From positions 1 to 64,000 of the IMG/VR virus record IMGVR_UViG_3300010885_011343: a DNA stretch of 64,000 bases. The stretch is one strand, 5' to 3'. Shown in pieces: positions 39,201-51,600 of this stretch (position 1 is its first letter; each line of letters begins with the position of its first letter). Under the pieces are notes generated by a model. That model made no database searches. It was given only the letters and a program-made list of their open reading frames with translations, and was not told where the DNA came from. Origin of the DNA: a virus. The translations under genes and the position numbers were made by a program.

Positions 39201-39650
39201 AACGATATTAAGAGTATCAGCGATACTATAGTCTTTCAGAGTGCCAAGTTTAAACCAATATTTGGTTATAAAGCAAACAACTCGTTACAGGCTACATTTA
39301 AAGTGGTAAAGAATCCTTCAATTAGCATCAGCGACAACGACATTAAGACTTCAGTTATTAATGCAATTAACAGTTACTTTGATATTACAAACTGGGACTT
39401 TGGTGAAACATTTTATTTCTCTGAGTTAAGCGCATACCTACACAGAGCACTAAGCCCAAATGTTGCCAGTATTATCATTGTGCCTGCTGACGCTGGTACT
39501 AGTTTTGGAACATTATATCAAATCAATTGCGAGCCACACGAAATTATCGTTAGTGCCGCAACCGTGGAAAATGTTGAAGTTATTACATCGTTGACGGCTA
39601 ATCAATTGAACCTAAGCGTGGCATCATTGAATAAAGAAATTTTAATTTAA
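36234..39650 (+). CDS. gp6: Baseplate wedge subunit, gp6-like
   Basis: DFETLR..MIDY, ENFIDTA, FGDG and QNRMITGEDY motifs; TAAATA box upstream. Confidence 0.85.
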   Translation: MAINTRQNSLLVAENWKKIYQTFQEADFTSYDFETLRKSMIDYIKLYYPEDFNDFTESSEFIALIDLIAFMGQALAFRTDLNARENFIDTAERRDSILKLARLISYNPKRNISSSGFLKIETVSTTETLYDSNGFNLSNLSVNWNDLSNDNWLEQFTTIVNAALISSQVIGKPGNTQTINSVRTEEYGLNLIPNVLGVYKFQSAIEGNNFDFEIVSPTSIAKSYIYERTPSKNAPFNILYRNDNYGNTSNDTGFFVYFKQGALASQEFTLSDSIPNRVVNFNFSNINNTDVWLYSLDSNGELNELWTQVPAVGGVNVIYNKSQERNLYQVNTKANDQIDLVFGDGSFANIPTGSYRLYYRTSAGIGYKITPDEMKGVAISFNYVSRDNRVETLNLRASLQYTVTNASSRETTADIKQKAPQQYYTQNRMITGEDYNILPYTTFGNVLKAKSVNRTSSGVSRYLDVIDPTAKYSSTNIFCSDGLLYQDNYIRAFKFNANSSGEISKVINNNIVKDIILSQELQHFYYANYPRFPGDNTTSVLKNINWNLTTFGSNTATGYFVLNGTPAVIGGVAKNETRYLRQGAIIKFVPRAGYYFDTSNNMIPGTAPIGSNTSIYACVTVVYGNGTNNGTGNLDDGTGPVILNVKVPTGAVIAEVIPVFKNGFTSFYNEAITGLIKSFKNFGLTFDVEKQIWKIISSENLNTSGQFSLTNQNDISGTGLDASWLIRFEYNLDGYIVYYRGIEYTFESAGQTGFFFDDRVKVYDTKTGTVVNDQVTVLKTNRQPDSNFSLAQDCSWKIYKNSVGSDGYVDKNKIYVTFADSNNDGIPDNPDLFKLVVDPTVNSATKFVYFQREAGYQRFQNLIPLDNKTIVSLYATASDIAGVNNLYLSGQQFYAYGENAFYKLNSDRTLTAITDYTARIGRQELQFQYRHNSPDYRRINPSNTNVIDLYILTSAYESAYRVWIQDTSGATEQPYEPTTDSLNDEFSKLNDIKSISDTIVFQSAKFKPIFGYKANNSLQATFKVVKNPSISISDNDIKTSVINAINSYFDITNWDFGETFYFSELSAYLHRALSPNVASIIIVPADAGTSFGTLYQINCEPHEIIVSAATVENVEVITSLTANQLNLSVASLNKEILI

Positions 39651-39660
39651 TTGGTAAAAT

Positions 39661-42600
39661 ATGGCAACCAGACGAACTCTAGATTTTTTACCAACAGTAT
39701 TCCAAACCGATACTAACAAAAAGTTTTTACAAGCTACACTGGACCAATTGGTCAGTGAACCAAATTTTGATAGAATTGACGGATATGTTGGCAGACAGTT
39801 TGCACCAACTTACAAAGCTAATGATAGTTACATTAGCGAGGCCAATAAAGATCGCCAAAATTATCAACTTGAGCCCAGCGTATTAATCAAAGGCTCTTCT
39901 GGCGAAGCTACCTTTTACAGCAATTACAGCGATCTTGCTAATAAGATTTCATACTATGGTGGAGTTACCAACGACCACCGTAGATTGTTTTCCAATGAAT
40001 ATTATACCTATACTGGTTTATTTGACTTAGACAAGTTTGTTAACTTTAGCCAGTATTACTGGTTGCCAAATGGACCTAGTCCTATTGCAATCAGCAGTAA
40101 GCCTGTGAGCAGTCAAGCTACGTTTACATTTACTAGAGACGAAGCTAACAATTCTTATACCGTGGCCGGACAGTCCTCGGGTAATCCTGAATTGGTTGTT
40201 GCACGTGGCGGTTTTTATAAATTTGTATTGAACCAACCAAACAGCCGTTTCTACATTCAAACCGAGCCTGGTGTATCGGGCGTTAAACGATTGGCGTTGA
40301 ATACAAGTACCAGAGACATCTATGGCATTACAGCCAATGGAGTTGAGACTGGCACCATTGAATTTACTGTGCCATTGAACAATGTGCAAGACCGCTGGTT
40401 AAAAATACCATTGGTTGAGAACGTTGATTATGCCACAGATGCACTCTATCAAGATCTTGTTGGCACTCCAGTTGACGAATTTAAAATTGACGGAAGCAAT
40501 ATTGGGTTGAATGGCAAGAACGTTATTTTCTTAAATCCTGCAGACACTCACAAAGGTGTGTACAGAATAAGATTTGTCAACAATACAATTACATTTGATA
40601 AAATTAGAGATATTGATCCTGACAGTCGAGTATATGTTCGCTCGGGGCTAACATACAGCAACAACGAATATTATAAAACAGAAAACAATCAATGGGAAGC
40701 AATTCCTAGTCTAACAGCACAACTTGATGTTTTATATTACCAAGATGCAACCAATCCAAATATGTTTGGAAAAATTAAAATCTTGGAAACGCCTGCCGAG
40801 CCATTGAATATAGATGAATTGGTCATTGGAAAAACACAGTACACTACACAAGATGGTATACAATTTACCAATGGATTGGTAGTTAAGTTTGATGATTCTG
40901 TTTTACCGGCCAAGTATCAAAATAAAACTTATATTGTTGAAGGCGTTGGCAGTAGCATTACATTAGTGGATTTTTCTTTACTGGTATTTCCTGAACCCAA
41001 TGCACAAGTTAATACAGTTCCCTGGGATGCTGTGCCCTATAGCTCCGGTACATTAGATGAACCGTTCCGTGGTCCGGCAATACCAGATTACTTTACCAGC
41101 AATCGTGCCAGCATTGATTTAAACGCCTGGGCAAGACATAACCGTTGGTTCCACTCGGATGTAATTGAATTGAGTGCCAAAGCGAATGGGTCAACGCCGT
41201 TGTTTGACCAGGCAGTTCGTGCTCAACGTCCAATCATTGAAGCCGAACCTAATGTTCAACTGTTTCAATTTGGTCGAGTTGGCAAGCGTCCAGTAAACCA
41301 CATTGATGTAACAACCACTGATGCATTTAATCAAGTACAACATAGTAAATCTCTTTTAGTCAATGGAGTACGACTAAAAGAATTTGATCGTATATTATTT
41401 GCCAACGATAAAGATCCATTGGTACGCAGTCAAATTTATACAGTACGTTACCAATTACAAAACGAACCCAGTTATCGTAGTGTTTATGATGGCACCGGCC
41501 GTGGAAGTATTACAAGACGCATTGACGGCCGCAATGATTATGTGGAAGTAATTGGCAGTGGCACAGACTTCACGTCGGAATTAGATGCTGGCAGTACACT
41601 ATATGACGCAGAAGGCAACTACTTAGGTACAGTAACACAGGTTATGTCCAGTACTAGTTTGGGTCTAATAGACACACCCAATACGTTTACGGGAGTTAGT
41701 GTTTTCCAATATAGAAATCCCAAGATACAACTTACGCTCGGTGAGGCAGACGATGCTGTAGACAAGTTTGATTGCGTCGTTGCCATAGACGGCGAAAGCA
41801 AAGGAAAGACATATTGGTACAATGGAGACACCTGGCAATTAGCGCAACAAAAAAGTGAAACTAATCAAATTTTAAAATTTGATGCTTTTGACAATACTGA
41901 TACAAGTTTTGGATCGTATAACGGAACAAACTTTACAGGCACTAACATTTTTAGTTATAAGACTGGCTCGGGCAAAATAGACGCAGTGCTAGGACAAGCA
42001 TTGGCCTATGAAAACACAACAAATAACACTGCCGATTTAGTATTCGATAACAATTTTGATAACGATACATTTACCTACGTTGACGGAACACAACTGCTGA
42101 CTAAGTCCATCAATTCGGGATACATTAGACAAAACGTCAATGGAACTGAATTTGTTAAACGTAATGTTTGGGCAAAAGTTGTTGAGGATACTAAACAATA
42201 TCAAATCTTTAGTAAAACTTATACTGGAAAAACCAATCACATTGAAATTGACGTGTTGCCAGAATCTGAATTAGAGGTTCCAACAACAAAAGTTTTTGTC
42301 AACAACAAGTTATTGGAAAGCAGCCAATACAGTTTTCAGAAAGTTGGAAAACGTAACACGGTAAAAGTTGTTGCTAGTAAATTAGCAGTTGATGATAAGA
42401 TAGATGTTTTAATTTACAGTAAGTCTGCATCTAAACTTGGATATTATCAGGTACCGGCTAACCTTGAATACAATAGCCAGAATAAATCTTTTTCCAAGTT
42501 AACACTGGGACAAATTCGAAATCACTTGACTGCCACCGGACAAAATACAGATAAGGTGTCGGGATTGGTGCCTGGGCCAAGCAATCTTAGAGATTTAAAT

Positions 42601-45600
42601 ATTGCCAGACAGGGCGGCAATATTCTACAACACAGCGCCCCAACAATTTACGCCAGCTTATTTTTAATTGATAAGCAGGCCAATTATGTCAATGGCATTG
42701 AGTACGCACGTAGAGAATATACAAAATTTAAAAATAAATTCATTGAACTGGCCAGCACATTGCCTGGCTTGGATTTAGATAATGCTGGCGCCAGTGTAGA
42801 CATAATATTGTCTAATATCAACGCCATAAAAAATCCTAGCTTTAGTTGGCACTACAGCGATATGGTTCCATACGGCGATTGCCGTATCCTGACATATAAA
42901 ATTAAAGATACAAATAGCTATCAATTTAAAATTGATTCAATTTTCAATGACAAACAGATACAGAACAGAGCTGTCTTGGTTTATCTAAACAATCAACAGT
43001 TAATAAAAGACATTGACTATACATTTGATCAAACCCGTCCTGCAGTAATTTTAAATGAACGCTTCTATCTAACCAATGAAGATGTAATTGAAATTAGAGA
43101 CTATAAAAACACCGACGGCTGCTACATACCAGAAACTCCAACCAAACTTGGATTACACCCTAAATTTAAACCAACGGTTTATCTAGACGACACGTACAGA
43201 GAAGCAGTGGAAGTTATTCAGGGACACGATGGAAGTTTAACTCCTGTGTTTGGCGACTACAGAGATAGTTTCCTACTGGAACTAGAGTTACGTATATACA
43301 ACAACATCAAAATTGATTGCAAAGTTCACCCTACTAGATACAGCCCCGGCCAATTTAGAACAATTGATTACACTCCACTGGAATGGAACAAAGTTTTAAA
43401 CAGTAACTTTTTAAAGTGGGTGGGACAAAATAAATTAGACTTCATTGCCAATGATTGGTTTGATCCTAACGATCCATTTACCTATAACTACAGATACAGT
43501 AAAGATAGTCTTAGCAACCAAAATTTAAATGGGTACTGGAGAGGGATTTATCGTTACTTCTACGACACTGACAGGCCTCACATAGCACCTTGGGAAATGC
43601 TAGGATTTAGCGAGCAACCAACTTGGTGGGAAAACATATATGGTCCTGCACCATATACCAAATATAACACACAATTGTGGTCTGACCTTGAAAATGGCGT
43701 AGTTGCCAGCGGCACACTGGCCGGGATTGACTCTGCTTATATTAGGCCAGGATTAAGTAAAATTATCCCAGTGGATGAAAACGGTGGCTTACTGCATCCG
43801 TTGGCCATTGGTATTTCTACAGAATTTAATAGTGTACAAGCATCTAGTGGATATCAGATTGGTGACGGAGCGCCAATAGAAGCTGCCTGGCAGAGAACCA
43901 GCGAGTATCCGTATGCACTGCAACGTTCGTTGGCATTGACTCGCCCTGCCTGGTACTTTGGCACATTATTTGATGTCAATGGTTATGCCAAAGATGCGGC
44001 ATTAGATCAGTATACTGTTGCCAATACCAGTCGACGTGTTGCGCCCAAGGACATTGTAATCAACGGCGAAACAGTCAACAATCAAATAACACGGGCCAGC
44101 GGATACATAAATTGGATCACTGATTATATGACCAGCTTGGGTCTGGACGCTCGCTCTAAACTTAGAAACAATTTAGACAACCTAACAGTTGAGTTAAGCT
44201 ACAGAGTTGGTGGATTTACCGATAAGAACTATATTACAGTTTTGGCTGAACAATATAGTCCAACCAGTACCAATGCCAGCGTAGTGGTACCAAACGAAAG
44301 CTATTCGTTAATTCTTAATAAGAATGTACCTAAAGAGCGTGTTGCCTATAGTGCCGTAATTATAGAAAAAACTAGCACAGGCTTTGCTGTCAGCGGCTAC
44401 AATCTTAACTATCCTTATTTTACAGTAGTGCCTAGTGACACTGCCGGAGAAAGTTATGCTATAACGCAAGACGGTCAAGCGGCAATGATCTATAAAGAAT
44501 ATAGAAAACAAAAGTTGGTAATTCCATATGGTCACGAGTTTACCACTAAACAACAAGTAGTTGACTTCTTGGTAAGCCACCAACGCTACCTACTATCTCA
44601 GGGATTTATCTTTGATGAATTTGATGATACACTGGCTAAAACCAAAGATTGGGTATTGAGCGCATACGAATTTCTAGGTTGGACTATCCAGGGATGGAAG
44701 CCGGGTAGTATATTAATTTTAAGTCCAGTAAGTACAAAAATTAAACTAATAACAGCCGATGGTGTAGTTGATGAAATTACCAATGAGAGTAATGGCACTA
44801 AAATATTAGATCCAAACTTCTCCGTAATACGTCCGGTAAACTTTACCAGTGTACGTGAACCTGATCTGTTTACATTGGATACTATCAGTGGGCAAACTAT
44901 TGCGTTCCTAGAGCTAGACATAGTTCAATACGAGCACGTATTGCGCTTTGACAACAGTACAGTTTTCAATGATATCATTTATCAACCTGAGTCAGGTAGC
45001 CGACAATTTAGATTAAAGATAGTTGGAAGCAAAACTGCCAATTGGACAGGAGCATTAAATCCTCCTGGATTTATATACAACAATCCAACGGTGCCCGAAT
45101 GGAGACCAGGCAAAGATTATCTCAAAGGTGACATTGTTACATATAAGAGCCAATACTATACTGCGGCACAAAAGATCTCTGCACAAACAACTTTTGTACA
45201 AAGTTATTGGAAACAAATTGAAAAGACACAGATTAAAACAGGGTTGTTGTCTAACTTTGCCAACAATGCTGGAAAATTTGTTGACGTCTATGATCCAGAC
45301 AGTAGTCTACTAGATCATCAAATGGCACGTATGAGTGCCGGATTAATAGGATTCCGTCAGAGAGCATATCTTGATGACTTTTATCTCGACACAACTACGC
45401 AATCTAAATTCTATCAAGGGTTTATTAAACAAAAAGGTACTAAGCAGGCCATTGATGCAATGCTTGGCGCACAATTTGGCGATTTACAAAACAACATACA
45501 GTTGCACGAAGAATGGGGTGTGCGGGTTGGAGAATACGGTGCATTATCCAGCAACCAAACAGTTGAAATTGTATTAAAAGAATCAGAGATTAAAAATAAT

Positions 45601-48600
45601 CCCACAGGCATTACCATTGAAGAAACACCTGTTGAGGCACTAATCAATGTAACGGATAAGCAACTATGGTCCAGACCCCTTGACACCAAACCTATACGGT
45701 TTTTAAATCGTGTATCCAACGATAGGCAAGAAAATGATTTACAAACTGCTGGCTATGTTAACATAAATGATGTTGACGCTACATTGTTTAGTTCTGGCAA
45801 TTATCAATTGCTCACACCAACTACAAAAAACGTTGGCAGCGGTTACATAGTTTGGGTGGCTAAAGATCATAATAAAGAGTGGAATGTTTATCGTGCCACA
45901 GAAACAGATGCCTCTGTATTAAGCATTGAATACAGCTTGGATCAAGCAGGCAAAGTAACCACCAAGAATCCACATAAGTTAGAAGCTAACCAGACTGTGG
46001 TAATTAGAAACTTAAACAATGACTACGACGGATTTTATATTATAAAGAGCGTTTTAGATAGACGCTCGTTTACCATTGGCTTAACTGAAGAAAAATCTAA
46101 AGCACTAAAACAAAATCCAGTAACTGGCGCCGGTATCCTATTCGTACTTGACAGCGTAAGATTTACTTACCCTGGATTGGTTAATGATTACACTCCGCCG
46201 CACGGTTGGAAAGACGGAGATATGGTCTGGGTAGACAATGCCGATGGTATGAACCGTTGGGCCGTTTATGAAAAAGACAGTCGCTGGCACTACATAGAAC
46301 CAGAAGCTATTACTTTGGGCAGTTACAAACCGGGTGGTAATTATGGTACAAATGTCAGAATTGATGACAACAATAGATTTGTTATAGTTAGCTCACCTGG
46401 CGCGGCACAAGCAGCCGGTAGACTACACGTATTTGATTATTACTACGGACAAAAAGAACGTGCAGTATTAAGCGGTGGTATTGAAGACACTGAAACATTG
46501 GGTACAAGTCTAGACATTGCACAGAACATTATTGTTGCTGGCGCCCCAGATAGCAGAGTTCAAACTGGGTTAGTAATGATTTACGCTTTCAGCGAAGATT
46601 TATATTTTGAGCCAGTGCAGGTATTAACATCTCCGGGTACAGGGGAAAATCCTGTGGCCACAGAACAAAACCTATTAGGCACACAAGTTGGCGCACGTTA
46701 TGGTTTCAGTTTGGCACAGAGCAGAGATTCTAATATTCTTTACGTTGGCAGCCCTGGCACCAATGAAGTTTTCATATATGCATATCACAGTGAAATTGAA
46801 ACAAGATTTGATAGATTTAGTTTAGCCCAAGCGGCTACGGGGTGTACTTTACCCTACGAACTCAATGACGAGCGCAGTATAGCAGTATATCTACACGGTA
46901 TTAAGCCAACTGCTGGTCAGTCCAACATTGGGCACAAGTTGTTAATACTAGGCGAAGATTATTCTGTTGTTGACAATACGGTGGTGTTTATGAGTCCACT
47001 AGTCACAGAAGACTACGACTCCTTTGTATTAGAAGACAATGAAGAAATATACTTTGGCAGCGAAGATTCTACCGGCAGTAGAGGGTATATTGTAATTCGT
47101 CGTCGTGGCTATTATGAATATGCTGGAAAAATTGCCGGTAATACCAATAGTAAATTTGGATACAGTGTTGCTACAGGCAACACCGGGGCATACGTAGTTA
47201 TTGGCGCACCCGATCAAACCATAGATAATATTCCGTATGCTGGTCAAGCTAGCATATACGCCACACGCATTAAGTGGATCGAGTCTAATGGCGTAATGAG
47301 ACCCGATGCAGAATATGCCCTAGTAGAAAAGCTCACAGCAGAAACACCAACCTACAAAGCAAACTTTGGATATAGCGTTGAGATGGGAGTCACTGACTCT
47401 GTTGTTTTTGTTGGTGCTCCGGGATTCGCTACAGCAGCCTATGACGGAGGCACTGTATATAGATATATAAACTACGGAAAAGAATTTGGTACAATAGTTG
47501 GATCTGTCATTGACCCGGTTGTAGCAGCCGGGGATCTGATGGTTATCAACGAAATAGATGTACTCTTTACTGGCGGCGATTTAACTAAGATTATTAAAGA
47601 TATTAACAATAAAAAAATAATTGGAGTTCAAGCATCTGCCACTGCCGATCGTCGATTGGTAATAAGTTCCATATTGCAAGCCAGTAACAATAAGCTAAAC
47701 ATTATTCCAACAGGTAATATTGTTGTCAAACTGGGAATTAAAATATTTGAAACTACACAAAAAATTAAGAGACCATCAACCACCGAAGGTGATAATTTTG
47801 GATCTCTTGTACGAGTAGACAATAGCGGAAAGACTTTAACAATTTCCAGTAGAACTGGTACAATCTACGATTATGCCACATACGACAACGAACAAACTAC
47901 CTATGATGGAAATATAACTAGGTTTGTTGAAATAGTAAAAGGCAGCGGTGCTGTCTATATGTACAACTTGTTTGACAATCCAAACGATGCACCGGATCCA
48001 TACGGTAATTATGTATTTGGTGAGGAATTTAATGCGCCAGGAGTTGCACTTGGTGACAGGTTTGGTATTGGAGTAGATTTTAACAATAGTCAATTGTGGA
48101 TTGGTGCTGCCTTCAATGACACCAAGGGCCAGAATGCAGGACAAGTCTACAAATATACAAACGAATCAGGCAACCCAAGTTGGTATAAAAAACGTGCCAA
48201 GTCTAAGAATGTAGACGTCAGTGGTATTAACGGAATTAGCCTTTATAAGAAAACCACAGGCGAATTTATAACCAGCTTGGATTATATAGATCCGGTCAAA
48301 GGAAAGAACCTGGGCATTGCTGAACAAGACATTAGTTACAAAACCAGCAGAGACCCAGCAGTATACAACAACGGTTCTAAAGATATTGATTTCTACTGGA
48401 GTACACAGCAAGTTGGAGAAACCTGGTGGAATTTAGATCGTCTTCGATATATTGACTACGAACAGGAAGAATTATCCTACAGATTAAACAACTGGGGCCG
48501 TTTGTTTACAGGCAGCAAAGTAGAAGTCTATCAATGGATTGAAAGTGGTTACTTACCTAGCGAATATGTGGCCAATGGGCAGCCTGGGACTCCGCTAGCA

Positions 48601-51600
48601 GAAGACAATTCTTCTTATACAATGACTACCTACGTTGATGTAGACACAGGTATTATCAAAACTCGCTACTATTACTGGGTCCGCGGAATCAGCACAGTAC
48701 CAGTAAATTCTAGTAGAAAATTAAGTGCATTGGCCTTAGAGAATGTGCTGTTGAACCCACTGGCACAAAACTTGCCATATGCCGCTATCTTAGATGATCA
48801 TAGTATTGGTATTTTTAATTGCGTTGGTTACTTAAACAGCAACGACACTATTTTGAGAATTGATTACGATAAAGAATTAAACAATAATTTAATTCATAGC
48901 GAATACGAATTAATTCAAGAGAACAACCCGGATAGTGATCTGCCAGACCGTATATACAACAAACTAGTAGACAGTATCAGTGGCAGAGATAAAGAAAGAC
49001 AGCGGGTACCAGACGTTAAACTACGCCCTAGTCAACAAGTTGGCTTAGAGTTGCGCCCCCGTCAAACCATTGTTTTAAACAGATATGCCGCGCTAAAGAA
49101 TCTAGTAGAATATTGCAATCGTGTTTTTGCAGAAAAGACTATCGCTTACAAATTACAAAACAGCAAACCTTTTGTAAACAACTATTTCTTCCAAAAGGAT
49201 CCGTTGCCCAGTAACGCTCATTATGATTACCTGGTAGAGAATCTGACAGAGCGTGATTATGTAAAAACAGATGAAGGTATTCGGGTCTGTGTTAAGCACG
49301 ACAGCAACTTCTTAGGTCTGTGGACAATATACGAATACACTGATGGCGCTTATAAAGTAATTAAAAACCAAACGTTTGATACAACAATGGTTTGGGACTA
49401 TGTAAATTGGTATGCCATTGACTTTGATTCTAATACAAAAATAACGTACACTGTTGATTATGCTAAAGATTTAGAAAAGTTATATTTAAAAGCAGGTGAC
49501 ATTGTTAAAATAACCAATGGTAGCAATGGTTACGAAATCTATCGCTATACCAGCAGTGATACCAGCGACTTGGTAGCAGTGGAAAACGGTACCGTTGCGC
49601 TAAGTTCTAAGCTATGGGACATTGAAGCCAATGATGTTGGATTTGACAGTAACGGTTTAGACAGCGTCGAGTTTGACCTGGACTACAGCACAGAAATTAG
49701 AAACGTCATCAACGGATTGCGAGAAACAATTTTTGTTGACGATCTAATAGACCATAGAAATAAAGTACTATTCTCTTTAATTAATTATATCTATAGCGAA
49801 CAGAAACAGGTTGATTGGATTTTTAAAACTAGTTTTGTTAGTGTTACGCACCAAATTAAACAATTAGATCAGTATCCAAACTTTAGTAAAGACAATCAAA
49901 CCTATTACGAAGATTATATCAAAGAAGTTAAGCCTTACAGAACTAAGTTACGTGATTACAGATTGAAATATACTGGCACCGATACTGCCACCCTGAACGT
50001 TACAGACTTTGACATACCAGGACACTGGGATTCTGAACTTGGCCGCTTCCGTAGTCCCAGTGGAGAGATACCTGAAAAGGACTCAAAACTTTGGTTGAAG
50101 CCTGAATATCAGGATTGGGCCAACAACTTTACATATGGCATTGAAACAATCACAATGTCCAGCACCGGTATAGGATACAATCAGCCTCCGGTGATTACCA
50201 TTGTTTCCAATGGTGACAAAGGAGCGGGCGCAGTAGCAGAAGCAGTATTAGATTCAACCACCGGTGCAATAATTAAAATTAACGTTGTTAAGTCGGGTCA
50301 GGGATATAAAAATACCCCGTTGATAGTTATCAGTGGTGATGGCGCCGGGGCAGTGGCAGTGGCAACATTGGCCAATAACAAAATTCGTAGTATTAAAACT
50401 ACATTGAAATTTGATAGAACGTCTTACACTACATCTGTTCGCGAGTGGGTACCTTTTGCTATGTTTGGCATTGGTGACTTGGTTGCATACAAGGGTGTTG
50501 GATACAAAGCTATATCCAATGTACCATCATTGGATAAATTTGATCCTAAGTATTTTGTTACAGTCAAGGACACAGAGCTGGTTAATGCCAATGATAGAAT
50601 TGCTGTAAAATACCAACCTACTTCTTATCAGATTCAACGAGATGTAAAAATTGACGGATCAATTGACTTAACTAGACTTATCCCCGGCACAGTATACGAT
50701 GCACACAAAATTGACAGTACCATAGCTGTTAAGTCAGACACTGACTTTGACGTAATATTAGCTGAAAATAGTAATGAAATTCAACTTGGATTTGATACAA
50801 ACATATCCGGTGGTGCTTTTTACGATGAAGAAAAATCATATGCTCCTGAAGAATTAGTGCCAGGGGTAATGTACGATCATTTGGCTATGACGGTGATTAC
50901 TGATATCACAGTTGATTCTCAAACATCTCAGGTTGCCTATAGAATTAGCAAAGATATAAACAACAATGTTGATTACGAAGCTGTTGCCGGAATAGCAAGC
51001 ACAACACTGGCACAAGATCTAGCCTGGGACGATACAAAAATATATGTAACAAGTTTAGATGGGTTAAGTGTTCCTAATCCAAGTAAAGGCAAGCCTTGTT
51101 ATGTTTATGTCAATGGCGAAAAAATTAGTTATTACCAAATTGATCAGCAAGAGAACTATTTGCACCAAATTCGGCGCGGCATAGGCGGCACAGGAACACC
51201 ACTGGTACACCAAGCGGATTCTAAGTTGTACAATGCCAGCTCGGATTTACGAATCCCAAATGTCATTGAAGATAAAAAAGACAACTACAAGTTTAATTCT
51301 AGCGACGCTAGATACACACCGTCTTTTACAGTCTTGAACAATCAAGATTTTGTAACCCGTGCGCTAACATTGTTTATCTCAGAAAACCAGCTGACTTACG
51401 GCAAAGACTACATTATTACATTAACTCCTAAGCCAAATACAACACAAGCTACCGCAAATGTTGTTTTTACAGACTCTGCTAAACAGCGATATGTTGAGGG
51501 ACTGATCATTCGTGCTGTGTACACAGAGCACACAATATGGTTGAATCCGGGCATAAATTCGGTTACTGACGGCACAGGACTAGACGGTAGTACCACCGAT